Part shown: in pieces, positions 33,785 through 42,733 of the stretch | How positions within the stretch are numbered: the first letter of the stretch is position 1 | Layout of the letters: each line of letters opens with the position of its first letter | Assembly: GCA_016719295.1 (NCBI GenBank) | Contig: JADKAF010000002.1 | Span: forward strand, 98,519-162,518 | Reading direction: 5' to 3' | Length of the DNA: 64,000 nt | From: Planctomycetota bacterium | GTDB taxonomy: Bacteria; Planctomycetota; UBA1135; JADKAF01 | The notes under the pieces: generated by a model | Told to the model about the DNA's origin: nothing | Database searches by the model: none | The model's input: the letters and a program-made list of their open reading frames with translations, nothing else | Position numbers and translations under genes: made by a program

Positions 33785-35544
33785 TCGGCGTGCGAGGCGC
33801 GGATCCACAATTCGACCGCGACGGTATCGCGGCGCCGCGAGAATGCGAAACCCGGCTCCTGCCATGCCAAGCGAAAGCCGGCGGGCAGGAGCTCCGCGCG
33901 CAACGCATCGCGCCAGGCTGCAGCGAAGTGCGCGTCCTCCAGGCGGAAGGCGTGCTGCGAGCCCGCGCCCGGATCGAGGAGCAGCAGCGCGCTCGCGGAC
34001 CCGAGCCACTGGCGTGCGAGCGCGGAGATCTCGCTCGCCGGAACGGAGGGCGCGGTACCCAGGCGCTGCAGGTCGAAGCGCTCGTAGTCGGCGCGCGTCA
34101 GCGGCCTCGCGTCGCTTTCCTCCGCGGCTCGCGCGCAATGGAGCGCCCACGCCAGCGCCGCATCGGAGAGCTCATGTCCCGTGCGCGCGACGCGCAGTCC
34201 GCGGTCGCGCTCCGCGGGCAGCCGCGCGGCGAGGCGCTCGGCCAACGCCGGCAAGCCCTCCGGTCCCGAGGCCTCGATGCCGCGCGAGGCGTAGAGCTCG
34301 CGCCATCCGGCGAGCACGGTCTCCGAAGCCGGACGGAGCCCGAGCCGCTCGGGCGAGAGCAGCCCTGCGCTGGCGGAGAGCAACGCGAGGAATGCCGCCG
34401 AGAGAACGCCGAAGGCCTTGAGCGGAGTGCGCCAGCGCTGCGTCGCGGCGTGGAAGCCCACGCCGGCCAAGATCCACAGGCAGACCAGCCCGGGCAGCAG
34501 CAAGCGCGAGAGCTTGAACGGATGCGCGATCGCCGAGCCGAGCAGCAGCGCGGCGAGCAGCGCCACGAAGCGCAGACCCGAGCGCGCGCGATGCGCGGCA
34601 GCGCCCATCGAGAGGCCGCAGACGCCGGCGAGAACCGCCGGCGAGAGGTGGTGATGCCAGCCGGCGTAGAGCGCGAGCCCCTCGAGGTCGACACCTGGCG
34701 CGCGCGCTTCGCCGAGGTAGCTCACCCACGCGAAGCGATGCGCCCGAGCGACGGCTGAGAGCTCCCCCGGCCAGGGCCAGACGAACCACCACAGCGCGCC
34801 GAGCACGAGGGGCGCCAAGAGCCAGGCGCTCGCGCCGAGCGAGCGCCGCGGCGCCGCGCGCGCGACCCACATCGCCGCGCCGCGCTCGAGCAGCAGCGCC
34901 GCGCCGAGGAGCGCTCCATAGCTCCACTTGGTGAAGCACGCCCAAGCGAAGAAGAGCCCCGGCAGAAGATAGACGAGGGTGCGCCGCGGCCGGCCCGGCG
35001 GCAGCCCCTCGAGCTCGCGGCGCTCGAGCTTCACATACAGCAGCATGCCCACCGCGGCGATCACGGCGAAGGGCACCTCGAGGAAGAGGCTGCGCCCCAG
35101 AGCGACCGCGGCGGGAGAGGCGAGCACCAGGCCCTGCGCGATCCACCCGGCGCGCGTCGTCTCGCGCGAGCCGGCGAGGTGATCGGCGATCGCGCCCACC
35201 AGCAGCGAGAGCAGACCGAAGAGCAGCACCACGCCGGCGCGTGCGCCCGCCGGGTCCGTTCCCGCCACGGCGAGCACCGGCAGGATGGCCAGCGAGGCGC
35301 CGGGGGGATACTGCTCTTGCCCCAGCAGCGCGTGCGCCGCCGCGGCGAGCTCGCCCCGGCGCAGATGCTCCCAGAGGATCACCGCGGGCAGACCCAGGTG
35401 CTCCGCCTCGTCCCAGCCCGGCGGCGGCAGGTCCGGGAGCGCGCGCCAGCTCAGCAGCAGCGCGGCGAGAGCGATCGCGATCCGCGGGAGCTGGCGGCGG
35501 AAAGCGGCGGCGAGGCTGATGCGAAGCGTGGGCATCGACGGCAT
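33781..35544 (-). CDS. Polytopic membrane protein, GT-C fold glycosyltransferase-like (family 39/83, PMT/ArnT-like)
   Basis: 587 aa from ATG 35544 (MPSMPTLRISL) with many hydrophobic segments. The first loop motif PPPGWDEAEHLG resembles the DE motif of PMT/ArnT enzymes. Its stop overlaps the mutS2 start (ATGA). The longer ORF (to 36567) is an antisense shadow of the PLP-enzyme gene. Confidence 0.55.
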   Translation of the reverse strand: MPSMPTLRISLAAAFRRQLPRIAIALAALLLSWRALPDLPPPGWDEAEHLGLPAVILWEHLRRGELAAAAHALLGQEQYPPGASLAILPVLAVAGTDPAGARAGVVLLFGLLSLLVGAIADHLAGSRETTRAGWIAQGLVLASPAAVALGRSLFLEVPFAVIAAVGMLLYVKLERRELEGLPPGRPRRTLVYLLPGLFFAWACFTKWSYGALLGAALLLERGAAMWVARAAPRRSLGASAWLLAPLVLGALWWFVWPWPGELSAVARAHRFAWVSYLGEARAPGVDLEGLALYAGWHHHLSPAVLAGVCGLSMGAAAHRARSGLRFVALLAALLLGSAIAHPFKLSRLLLPGLVCLWILAGVGFHAATQRWRTPLKAFGVLSAAFLALLSASAGLLSPERLGLRPASETVLAGWRELYASRGIEASGPEGLPALAERLAARLPAERDRGLRVARTGHELSDAALAWALHCARAAEESDARPLTRADYERFDLQRLGTAPSVPASEISALARQWLGSASALLLLDPGAGSQHAFRLEDAHFAAAWRDALRAELLPAGFRLAWQEPGFAFSRRRDTVAVELWIRASHAE

Positions 35545-35715
35545 CGCACGGCTGGCCGCGCGAGGACGCGCATGATCGAGGCCCGAGCGAGCGACGGCAA
35601 GGCGAGAGCGGCCGTGTTCCTCGGGCGGCCTCTTCCCGCGCCGCGCCGAACGCCAGCATGGCGCGCTCGCGCGGGCACGAAGCACGCCGCGCCTCCCGAA
35701 GGGAAACCCTCGTCC

Positions 35716-36852
35716 ATGCACTTCGACACGCTCGCCATCCACGCCGGCCAGAAGCCGGACCCCTCCACCGGCGCGATCATGACGCCGGTCTACCTCACGT
35801 CGACCTACGTGCAGCCGGCGCCCGCGGAGCCCATCGCGGGCTACGAGTACTCGCGCACGCGGAATCCCACGCGCGACGCGCTGCAGGAGAACCTCGCCGC
35901 GCTCGAGGGCGGCACGAACGGCCTCTGCTTCTCCTCGGGTCTCGGCGCGATCCACGCGATCACCAGCCTCTTCTCGTCCGGCGATCACGTCATCGCGGGG
36001 AACGACCTCTACGGCGGCACCTACCGCCTGTTCCGCAAGGTCTTCGAGCGCTTCGGCATGCGCTTCGACTTCGTCGACATGACGGATCCGCGCAACGTCG
36101 AGAAGGCGCTGCGCAAGGAGACCAAGATGGTCTTCCTCGAGACGCCGACGAATCCGCTGCTGCGCCTCACCGACATCGCCGCGGTGGCTGCGATCGCGAA
36201 GCGCCACGGCGCGCTGGCCGTGGCAGACAATACGTTTGCGACTCCGTACCTGCAGCGCCCACTGGAGATGGGCTGCGACCTCGTCGTGCACTCGATGACG
36301 AAGTACTTGGGCGGCCACTCCGACGTGGTCGGCGGCGCGATCGTCACGAAGACGACGGAGCTCGCGGAGCGCCTGGCGTTCCTGCAGAACGCGATCGGCG
36401 CCGTGCCGGGCCCGCTCGACTGCTTCCTCGTGCTGCGAGGCACGAAGACGCTGCATCTGCGCATGGATCGCCACTGCGCGAACGCGCAGAAGATCGCCGC
36501 TTGGCTCGAGCAGCAGCCGAAGGTCGAGCGGGTCTACTTCCCCGGCTCGAAGTCGCATCCGCAGCACGCGCTGGCGCAGCGCCAGATGCGCGCTCCGGGC
36601 GGCATGATCAGCTTCGAGCTGAAGGGCAGCGTCGAAGACGGCAAGCGCTTCGCTTCGCGCACCAAGCTCTTCGCGCTAGCCGAGAGCCTCGGCGGCGTGG
36701 AGTCCCTGATCGATCACCCGGCGACGATGACCCACGCCTCGATCCCGGCGTCCGAGCGCCGCGCCGCGGGGCTCAACGACGGCTTGCTCCGCCTGTCCGT
36801 CGGCGTCGAGGACGCGGACGACCTGATCCGCGACCTGGAGCAGGCGTTCTAG
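35716..36852 (+). CDS. Cys/Met-metabolism PLP-dependent enzyme (cystathionine gamma-synthase / beta- or gamma-lyase family)
   Basis: 378 aa from ATG 35716 (MHFDTLAIHAGQ). The PLP-lysine motif VHSMTKYLGGHSDVVGG and the ending ...LLRLSVGVEDADDLIRDLEQA are present. Confidence 0.88.
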   Translation: MHFDTLAIHAGQKPDPSTGAIMTPVYLTSTYVQPAPAEPIAGYEYSRTRNPTRDALQENLAALEGGTNGLCFSSGLGAIHAITSLFSSGDHVIAGNDLYGGTYRLFRKVFERFGMRFDFVDMTDPRNVEKALRKETKMVFLETPTNPLLRLTDIAAVAAIAKRHGALAVADNTFATPYLQRPLEMGCDLVVHSMTKYLGGHSDVVGGAIVTKTTELAERLAFLQNAIGAVPGPLDCFLVLRGTKTLHLRMDRHCANAQKIAAWLEQQPKVERVYFPGSKSHPQHALAQRQMRAPGGMISFELKGSVEDGKRFASRTKLFALAESLGGVESLIDHPATMTHASIPASERRAAGLNDGLLRLSVGVEDADDLIRDLEQAF

Positions 36853-36871
36853 GAGCCGCTTGCGCGAGCGC

Positions 36872-37252
36872 TCAGCGCCGCCCCGTCGATCCGCCGGCCG
36901 GCTTCGCCGCGACCGGCGGCGCGAACTCCTCGCCATCGCCGTCGACTTCGCCATCGACGTCGTCGTCGCAGGAGACGCGCTCGCGCATCAGGCGGCCGAC
37001 CTTGAACTTCACGACGCGCTTGGCGGGCACGCTCACCTTCTCCATGGTGCGCGGGTTCTGGGCCCGGCGAGCGGCGCGCTCCTTGATCTCGAAAACGCCG
37101 AACTCGCGGAACTCCAAGCGGTTGCCGCGGCCGAGCTCATCGATGATGTGCTCGAGAAAGCGCTGAAGGATGTCCTTCACGACCACCTTGGTCTGCGAGG
37201 TCTCGGCGGAGATCCGGTTGACCAGGTCTTTCTTCGTGATGGTCTCGATCAT
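36872..37252 (-). CDS. HU/IHF-family DNA-binding protein with an acidic C-terminal extension
   Basis: MIETITKKDLVNRISAETS...FGVFEIKERAARRAQNPRTMEKVSVPAKRVVKFK, followed by CDDDVDGEVDGDGEE... Start trimmed to ATG 37252. Confidence 0.85.
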   Translation of the reverse strand: MIETITKKDLVNRISAETSQTKVVVKDILQRFLEHIIDELGRGNRLEFREFGVFEIKERAARRAQNPRTMEKVSVPAKRVVKFKVGRLMRERVSCDDDVDGEVDGDGEEFAPPVAAKPAGGSTGRR

Positions 37253-37483
37253 CGGTCGAGCAGCCCGGGAAGGAGGGTGCGGAGGCAGGTGCGGGCAGGC
37301 GGGCGAACGCGGAACGCGTCCGGGGCAGCGCGCCGCGGGGCCGGCGGCCCCCGCGCGGAGGATGTCCCGTACCTCCTCGGTCGCCAGCCTTCTCGACCCT
37401 AACACCTTTGTCAAGTCGGCACTTCCGACGCTCGCTGTACCTCGCGCGCAGCGGTCGCGGAGCGGTCGCGGAAGCGCCGGCGA

Positions 37484-37921
37484 TCAGGACTCGAGCAAGA
37501 AGGTCGCCGGTCCGTCGTTGACGATTTCAACCGTCATGTGGGCGCCGAAGCTCCCGGTCGCGATCTCGCGGACCTGCTCTCGAGCGCGCTGGACGAAGCG
37601 CTCGTAGAGCTCCCTCGCGCGGGCCGGAGGCGCCGCTGCGTCGAACGATGGCCTGCGCCCTTTGCGCCCGTCGGCGGCGAGCGTGAACTGCGACACCACG
37701 AGGAGCGCTCCCTCGACCTCCCCCAGCGCGAGGTTCATCTTGCCCGCCGCGTCGGCGAAGACGCGGTAGCCGAGCACGCGCTCGAGCAGGCGATCACCGG
37801 CGGCCTCGTCATCGCCTTCGAGGACCCCGAGGAAGACGAGGAGCCCGGTCCCGATGCGCCCGACCTCGGCGCCTTCGACCCGCACGCAAGCCGAGCTCAC
37901 GCGCTGGAGCACGGCCTTCAT
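37484..37921 (-). CDS. dtd: D-aminoacyl-tRNA deacylase
   Basis: The last 145 aa of ORF 37484..38947 read MKAVLQRV...LLVVSQFTLAADGRKGRRPSF...IVNDGPATFLLE. Its ATG overlaps the upstream stop (ATGA). Confidence 0.9.
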   Translation of the reverse strand: MKAVLQRVSSACVRVEGAEVGRIGTGLLVFLGVLEGDDEAAGDRLLERVLGYRVFADAAGKMNLALGEVEGALLVVSQFTLAADGRKGRRPSFDAAAPPARARELYERFVQRAREQVREIATGSFGAHMTVEIVNDGPATFLLES

Positions 37922-38967
37922 CGCGCACCTCGATCGCGCTCGATATCGGCGAGATAGGTGAGCGCCGCCCGATGGTTCGGCGAGGACGCCCCGTTGGCCT
38001 CGAGCGCGGCGAGAAACGCGCGGTAGTGGCGCTCGGAGCGCGCGCGATCCCGCAGCGGCCCATCGAAGTAGAGCCCGCCGAGCGAGAAATGCACCTCGAG
38101 ATCGGCGGGGAAGCGCTCGAGCATCGCGAGGTAGATGCGCTCGGCCTCGCGCTCCTGGCTCCCGCGCACGAAGGCCGCTCCGCGCGCGTGCCACGCGTCG
38201 GCGCGCGCGGGATCCTCGCTCTGCACGCGGCGGAACTCCATCTCGGCCTCGCGCCATTCGCCGAGCGCGAGCAGCGCGAGGCCCAGGTTCACCCGCACGT
38301 CGCGGTCGGCGGGATCGCGCTGCAGCAGCTCGCGATAGACCGGCAGCGCTCCGGCGGGATCCAGGCGCCGCTCGTGAGCTTCGGCGAGCGCGCGCAGGAG
38401 CTCGCGATCCTCGGGGAACGAGCGCTGTGCGGCCTCGAGGTCGCGTATCGCTCGTCCGAGACGGCCCTCGCTCGAGCCGAGCTCCAGCAAGCCGCGCAGC
38501 GCGCGCGCGTGCGGGAAGTCCGGATCGAGCTCCAGAGCAGCGTCGAGATGCGTGCGGGCCTCGACCGGATCGGCCGCCGTGCGCGCCTCGAGGTAGCGCT
38601 CCACCTGCGGGGCGCACGGCTGACAGGCGAGATCCTCGAGGCGTTGGTTCGGGAGATCGCCGCAGCGGCGCACGTCGAGCAGCGCGCGCAGCACGCCCAG
38701 ATGGCAGGGATGCCTGCGGAGGACATCGAGCAGAACGTCCTCCAAGGCCAGGGCCTGCGGCGCGGGCAAGGGCTGCTCGCGGTCGAAGCGCACGCGGACC
38801 TGGTTCAGCAAGCGCTCGTCCTCGGCGTTGCTCTCGAAATCCTCGTAGCGACGGCGGAGCTCGACGGGATCCACCGCGGTGCTGCCGCACCCGACGAAGA
38901 AGGCGCAGCACCAGCTCCCGCCCGCGGCGAGCGCGCGCGAGCGCCACGCGGGCCGCGCGGAGCTCAA
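37918..38967 (-). CDS. TPR-repeat putative lipoprotein
   Basis: The frame of ORF 37918..39945 shows a signal/lipobox ...RSRALAAGGSWCCAFFVGC, then TPR-like helices (ARTHLDAALELDPDF..., AEAHERRLDPAGALPVYRELLQRDP...). No ATG is available. A TTG at 38967 overlaps the stop of the upstream gene (TTGA). Confidence 0.6.
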   Translation of the reverse strand: MSSARPAWRSRALAAGGSWCCAFFVGCGSTAVDPVELRRRYEDFESNAEDERLLNQVRVRFDREQPLPAPQALALEDVLLDVLRRHPCHLGVLRALLDVRRCGDLPNQRLEDLACQPCAPQVERYLEARTAADPVEARTHLDAALELDPDFPHARALRGLLELGSSEGRLGRAIRDLEAAQRSFPEDRELLRALAEAHERRLDPAGALPVYRELLQRDPADRDVRVNLGLALLALGEWREAEMEFRRVQSEDPARADAWHARGAAFVRGSQEREAERIYLAMLERFPADLEVHFSLGGLYFDGPLRDRARSERHYRAFLAALEANGASSPNHRAALTYLADIERDRGAR

Positions 38968-39491
38968 GAGCCCCCTGAGCTCGGCGGCAGAACGAGCCTC
39001 ATGGCCCCTCCGCGCTGGCGCTGGGACGGAGCGTCGATCCACCAGACGGCGCCGCCGCTCCCGCGCACCGAGATCTCCGTCGCCGACTCGGCGAAGACGA
39101 TGCGCAGCTTGCGCAGAGCGGCGAACTCCACTTTCCCGATCAAACAGCGCGCGGCCATCATGTTCGGCGTCTGGGCCTCGAGGACCGTCTGGAGCACGAG
39201 CTCGCTGCGCCCCGCTGTGGTGTCGCGCATCTGGCGCGAGTCGACGCGCTTGAACAGCTCTCCGCGCGTGTCGAAGGTGCAGAGCTCGCGCAGGTCCGCG
39301 GGCATCTCGACCTCGACCGCGTCGGCGAAGCAGCCGACGCTGTGCTCCTGCACCCAGGTGCGCGTCCGCTCGATGCGCGCCTCGACCACCGGATCGCGCG
39401 AAATCGGCGGCGGCGGCGGCGCTTCCTCCGGCGCCGTGCAGGAAACCGCGGCGAGAGCGAGAGCGAAGCTGAGCAGAGCGAAGGTGCGCAT
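38964..39491 (-). CDS. Putative lipoprotein, unknown function
   Basis: 175-aa ORF with signal peptide and lipobox MRTFALLSFALALAAVSC, then a Pro-rich linker and a globular-looking sequence of balanced composition. Confidence 0.6.
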   Translation of the reverse strand: MRTFALLSFALALAAVSCTAPEEAPPPPPISRDPVVEARIERTRTWVQEHSVGCFADAVEVEMPADLRELCTFDTRGELFKRVDSRQMRDTTAGRSELVLQTVLEAQTPNMMAARCLIGKVEFAALRKLRIVFAESATEISVRGSGGAVWWIDAPSQRQRGGAMRLVLPPSSGGS

Positions 39492-39544
39492 GGCGAGGCA
39501 TCGGCGGCCGCGCGAGAGCGCTCGAGGCGGTGCGCGGAAAAGCC

Positions 39545-39573
39545 GTGACCCCTGAAGCTAGCGGTCGTATGTT
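39545..39573 (+). promoter_or_regulatory. Candidate promoter of the MCE operon (would give a leaderless or near-leaderless mRNA)
   Basis: GTGACC-N17-TATGTT. The -10 ends 9 nt before the ATG at 39583 and there is no SD in between. Confidence 0.3.
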
Positions 39574-39582
39574 CCGCCCGCC

Positions 39583-41139
39583 ATGGACATGCCGCGCGGG
39601 ACCGAAGAGCGCCCCCACCTTCGATGCATCGCGCGCCCCTCGCTCGTGGAGCGGACGACTCGCATCGGTGCGCTCATCGCCGGCGCGTGGCTGGCCGGCT
39701 CTTGCGCGCTCCCCCCCGCCGACATCAACCTGGCCCCGCTCTTCGCTCACGAGACCTACTCCGTGAGCGAGGGCGAGCACGTCTACGAGGTCCTGGGCGG
39801 CATCGCCAGCTCCGGCCGGCGCGACGGACGGGAGCACGTGGCCCTGCGCCCGCTGTTCCACCACCGCGAGACCTTCGCCGACGAAGCGCAGGCGATCCGC
39901 GCCACCACCTCGCTCGACTTCCTCTTCCCCCTCGGCCACTCCCACACGGGGGAGGGCGAGGCGCGCACCTACCTCTTCCCGTTCTTCTTCCGCACCGCGC
40001 GCTTCGACGTGGAGGATCGGCGCGACATCGATTGGATGGTGCTGCCGTTCCTCTTCGGCGGCAGCGCGGACGATGGCGCGGAGAGCTACTTCGCGTTCTT
40101 TCCCTTCTACGGGGAGATCCGGAACTTCCTCTCCTACGAGCGCGTGCGCTTCGCGCTCTTCCCTCTATGGGCGCAGAGCTGGAAGGACGAGCGCGAGGCC
40201 TGGTTCGTGCTGTGGCCCTTCTTCGGCGCGGCGACGGGCGAGGACTACGACATGCTGCGGATCCTGCCCTTCTACGCGCACTCGCGCGTCGCGGGCCGCG
40301 AGGAGTCGCTCGCGATCCTCTGGCCCTTCTATACGCAGGAGAAGCGCTGGCTCGACTCCGATCAGCCGCTCGAGACGAGCATGCTCCTGCCCTTCTACGG
40401 GCGGCAGGTGATGGGCAGCTTCGAGTCGACGACGGTGCTGCCGCCCTTCGTCGGGTGGGCGCACGATGACGACGATTTCAGCAGCTTCCAGATCTGGCCG
40501 ATCTTCCTCACGCTGAGCGGCGGCGATGGCGAGAACCGGCCCTTCGAGCGCTTCTACTTCCGGCCCTTCTACGCGCGCTACCGCTCGAAGGAGATCGACC
40601 AGCACGTCTACCTCTGGCCGCTGATCTGGGACCGCAGCGAGCGCTTTCCCGAGGACGGCGAGCCGATCACGACGGCGCGGCGCTTCATGGTCTTGCCGTT
40701 CTGGCAATCTTGGACGACGACGCACGGGGAGAAGCGCGGCAGCTACTTCCAGCTCTGGCCGCTGGTGCACTCCGATCATCCCGCGGACGGCGGCTCCGAG
40801 GTGCAGATCTTCTCGCCTTGGCCCTACCATCCCCACCAGGACTACATCCAACGCAACCTGGAGCCGTTCCTCACGCTTTACCGCAGCGAGAGCCGGACCG
40901 AAGATCTGAGCACCACACGCGGTCCGCTGGGCATCTTCCGCATGATCGAGACGAACGACGACTGGCGCTTCTCGCTACCGCTGCTGGGCGGTCTGCGCAC
41001 GACGACGCGCGGCCGCGTCGAATTCTCGCTGCTCGCCGGGCTGCTGCGTTTTCGCACCGACGACGGGCTCTCCTTCCTGCCTCCGGCCTTTCCCGGTCCG
41101 GGGTTCGCTCCGCTCGATCCCGAGGAGGAGCTGCGTTGA
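39583..41139 (+). CDS. Repeat-rich putative lipoprotein (about 17 aromatic-Pro repeats), unknown family
   Basis: 518-aa ORF. The N-terminus ...RIGALIAGAWLAGSC is signal/lipobox-like. The motif h-h-P-[FL]-[FYW] (LWPFFG, ILPFYA, LLPFYG, FRPFYA, VLPFWQ ...) recurs every 17-30 aa. Its stop overlaps the next gene. Confidence 0.7.
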   Translation: MDMPRGTEERPHLRCIARPSLVERTTRIGALIAGAWLAGSCALPPADINLAPLFAHETYSVSEGEHVYEVLGGIASSGRRDGREHVALRPLFHHRETFADEAQAIRATTSLDFLFPLGHSHTGEGEARTYLFPFFFRTARFDVEDRRDIDWMVLPFLFGGSADDGAESYFAFFPFYGEIRNFLSYERVRFALFPLWAQSWKDEREAWFVLWPFFGAATGEDYDMLRILPFYAHSRVAGREESLAILWPFYTQEKRWLDSDQPLETSMLLPFYGRQVMGSFESTTVLPPFVGWAHDDDDFSSFQIWPIFLTLSGGDGENRPFERFYFRPFYARYRSKEIDQHVYLWPLIWDRSERFPEDGEPITTARRFMVLPFWQSWTTTHGEKRGSYFQLWPLVHSDHPADGGSEVQIFSPWPYHPHQDYIQRNLEPFLTLYRSESRTEDLSTTRGPLGIFRMIETNDDWRFSLPLLGGLRTTTRGRVEFSLLAGLLRFRTDDGLSFLPPAFPGPGFAPLDPEEELR

Positions 41140-41918
41140 ACCTCCTCCGGACGGGGCGCGAGATGCTCGAGGGCACGAGCTACACCCTCGGCATCGCCGG
41201 CCGCACCGCGCTCGCGTTGCCGCAGCTCTGGCGTCGGCGCCGCGAGACCACCGAGCAGTGCTATGCCGCCAGCGTGAAGCTGATCCACGTGATCGTCCTG
41301 GTCGGCGCGTTCGCGGGCATGATCCTCTCGCTGCAGACCGGTCTCGCCCTGGCGGATTTCGGCCAAGAGGGTTCGATCGGCTCGATCGTCGCCGCGGCGA
41401 TGGTGCGCGAGATGGGCCCCTTCATCACTGCGGTGATCCTCGCGGCCGCCGTGGGCTCGGCGCTCGCCGCGGAGCTCGGCACGATGAAGGTCTCCGACGA
41501 GATCACGGCGCTGGAGGTGATGTCGATCGACCCGGTGCCCTTCCTCGTGCTGCCGCGCGTGGTGGCGCTCACCGTCGCTTGCCCCCTGCTCGCGATCGTC
41601 GCGAACGTGGTCGGCATCTACGGCGGCTCGATCGTCGCCGAGAGCCTGCTGCGCGTCGATCCGCTCGCGTATCGCGAGACGGTGCTCGACGTGCTCTCGC
41701 GCCCCGCCGAGATCTTCCCGGTCCCGAAGGACATCTATGCCGGGCTCTTCAAGGCCACGGTGTACGGCTTCCTCATCGCCGTGATCGGATGCTCGCACGG
41801 CCTGCGCGCCTCGAATGGCGCGCTCGGCGTCGGCGAAGCCGCGCGCACCGCGGTGCGCAACTCGATCATCCTCGTGCTGGTCATGAACTTCATCCTGACC
41901 CGGGTGATGTACACATGA
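41136..41918 (+). CDS. mlaE: MlaE/YrbE-family ABC transporter permease
   Basis: About 260 aa with EMGPFITAVILAAAVGSALAAELGTMKVSDEITALEVMSIDP. The start is TTG 41136 (TTGA overlap) or ATG 41163. Confidence 0.85.
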   Translation: MNLLRTGREMLEGTSYTLGIAGRTALALPQLWRRRRETTEQCYAASVKLIHVIVLVGAFAGMILSLQTGLALADFGQEGSIGSIVAAAMVREMGPFITAVILAAAVGSALAAELGTMKVSDEITALEVMSIDPVPFLVLPRVVALTVACPLLAIVANVVGIYGGSIVAESLLRVDPLAYRETVLDVLSRPAEIFPVPKDIYAGLFKATVYGFLIAVIGCSHGLRASNGALGVGEAARTAVRNSIILVLVMNFILTRVMYT

Positions 41919-42733
41919 GCAGCGCTGCGAGCGACGCGGACATCGCCGTGCGCTTCGAGGCCGTGGAGAAGCACCTCGGGGGCAAGCAGATCCTCCGCGG
42001 CCTCTCCTTCGAGGTGCCGCGCGGCACGAGCTTCGTGATCATGGGGCCCTCTGGCTCCGGGAAGAGCGTCACGCTGAAGCACATCGTGGGCATCCTCGCG
42101 CCGGACGCGGGGCGCGTGCTCGTCTTCGGCCGCGAGCCCGGCAAGCTCTCGCGCAGCGAGCTCGCCTCGCTGCGCAGCCGCATCGGCCTGCTCTTCCAGG
42201 ACGGCGCGCTCATCAATTGGATGAACCTCGAGGACAACGTGGCGCTCCCGCTGCGCGAAGTGCAGCGCCTGCCTGAACGCGAGGTGCGCCCGCGCGTGGA
42301 GGAAGCGCTCGAGCGCGTGCATCTCGCCGACGCCGCGCGGAAGATGCCCTCCGAGATCTCGGGCGGCATGCGCAAGCGCGCGGCGCTGGCGCGCGCGATC
42401 ATCTCGCGCCCCGAGCTGCTCCTCTACGACGAACCCGACGCGGGCCTCGACCCCGCGACCGGTGGCTCGATCAACCGCTTGATCCGCCGCGTGCAGCGCG
42501 AGCTCGGCGCCACGGGTGTCATCGTGACGCACAGCCGCTCCTGCGCGCTGACCGTCGGCGATCGGATCGGCATCTTCGAGCAAGGGCACATGGCCTCGGA
42601 AGGAACGGCCGAGGAGATGGCAGCGAGCCGCGATCCGCGCGTGCGGATCTACCTCGGGATCGATGGTGAGGTGACCGCGGAGCGCAGCGACTCGCGCGGT
42701 GCGGAGCACGGCACAGGAGCGACGGGACGATGA
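41915..42733 (+). CDS. mlaF: MlaF-like ABC transporter ATP-binding protein
   Basis: Walker A GPSGSGKS, signature SGGMRKR, Walker B LLLYDEPDAGLD. ATGA overlap with mlaE. Confidence 0.88.
   Translation: MSSAASDADIAVRFEAVEKHLGGKQILRGLSFEVPRGTSFVIMGPSGSGKSVTLKHIVGILAPDAGRVLVFGREPGKLSRSELASLRSRIGLLFQDGALINWMNLEDNVALPLREVQRLPEREVRPRVEEALERVHLADAARKMPSEISGGMRKRAALARAIISRPELLLYDEPDAGLDPATGGSINRLIRRVQRELGATGVIVTHSRSCALTVGDRIGIFEQGHMASEGTAEEMAASRDPRVRIYLGIDGEVTAERSDSRGAEHGTGATGR

Noticed and set aside
35545-35715. SAM-type riboswitch upstream of the Cys/Met PLP enzyme gene
   Set aside because: I could not find the conserved SAM-I/SAM-II core sequences by eye. A covariance-model scan would be needed, so no feature is claimed.
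35545-36567. N-terminal 340-aa extension of ORF 33781..36567
   Set aside because: It runs antisense through the well-supported PLP-enzyme gene (35716..36852) and is Arg/Ala-rich. The membrane protein begins credibly at ATG 35544.
37922-38947. Long Arg-rich N-terminal part of ORF 37484..38947
   Set aside because: Only the last 145 aa are Dtd. The upstream part overlaps the TPR lipoprotein gene in another frame and is about one-third Arg/Ala/Pro.
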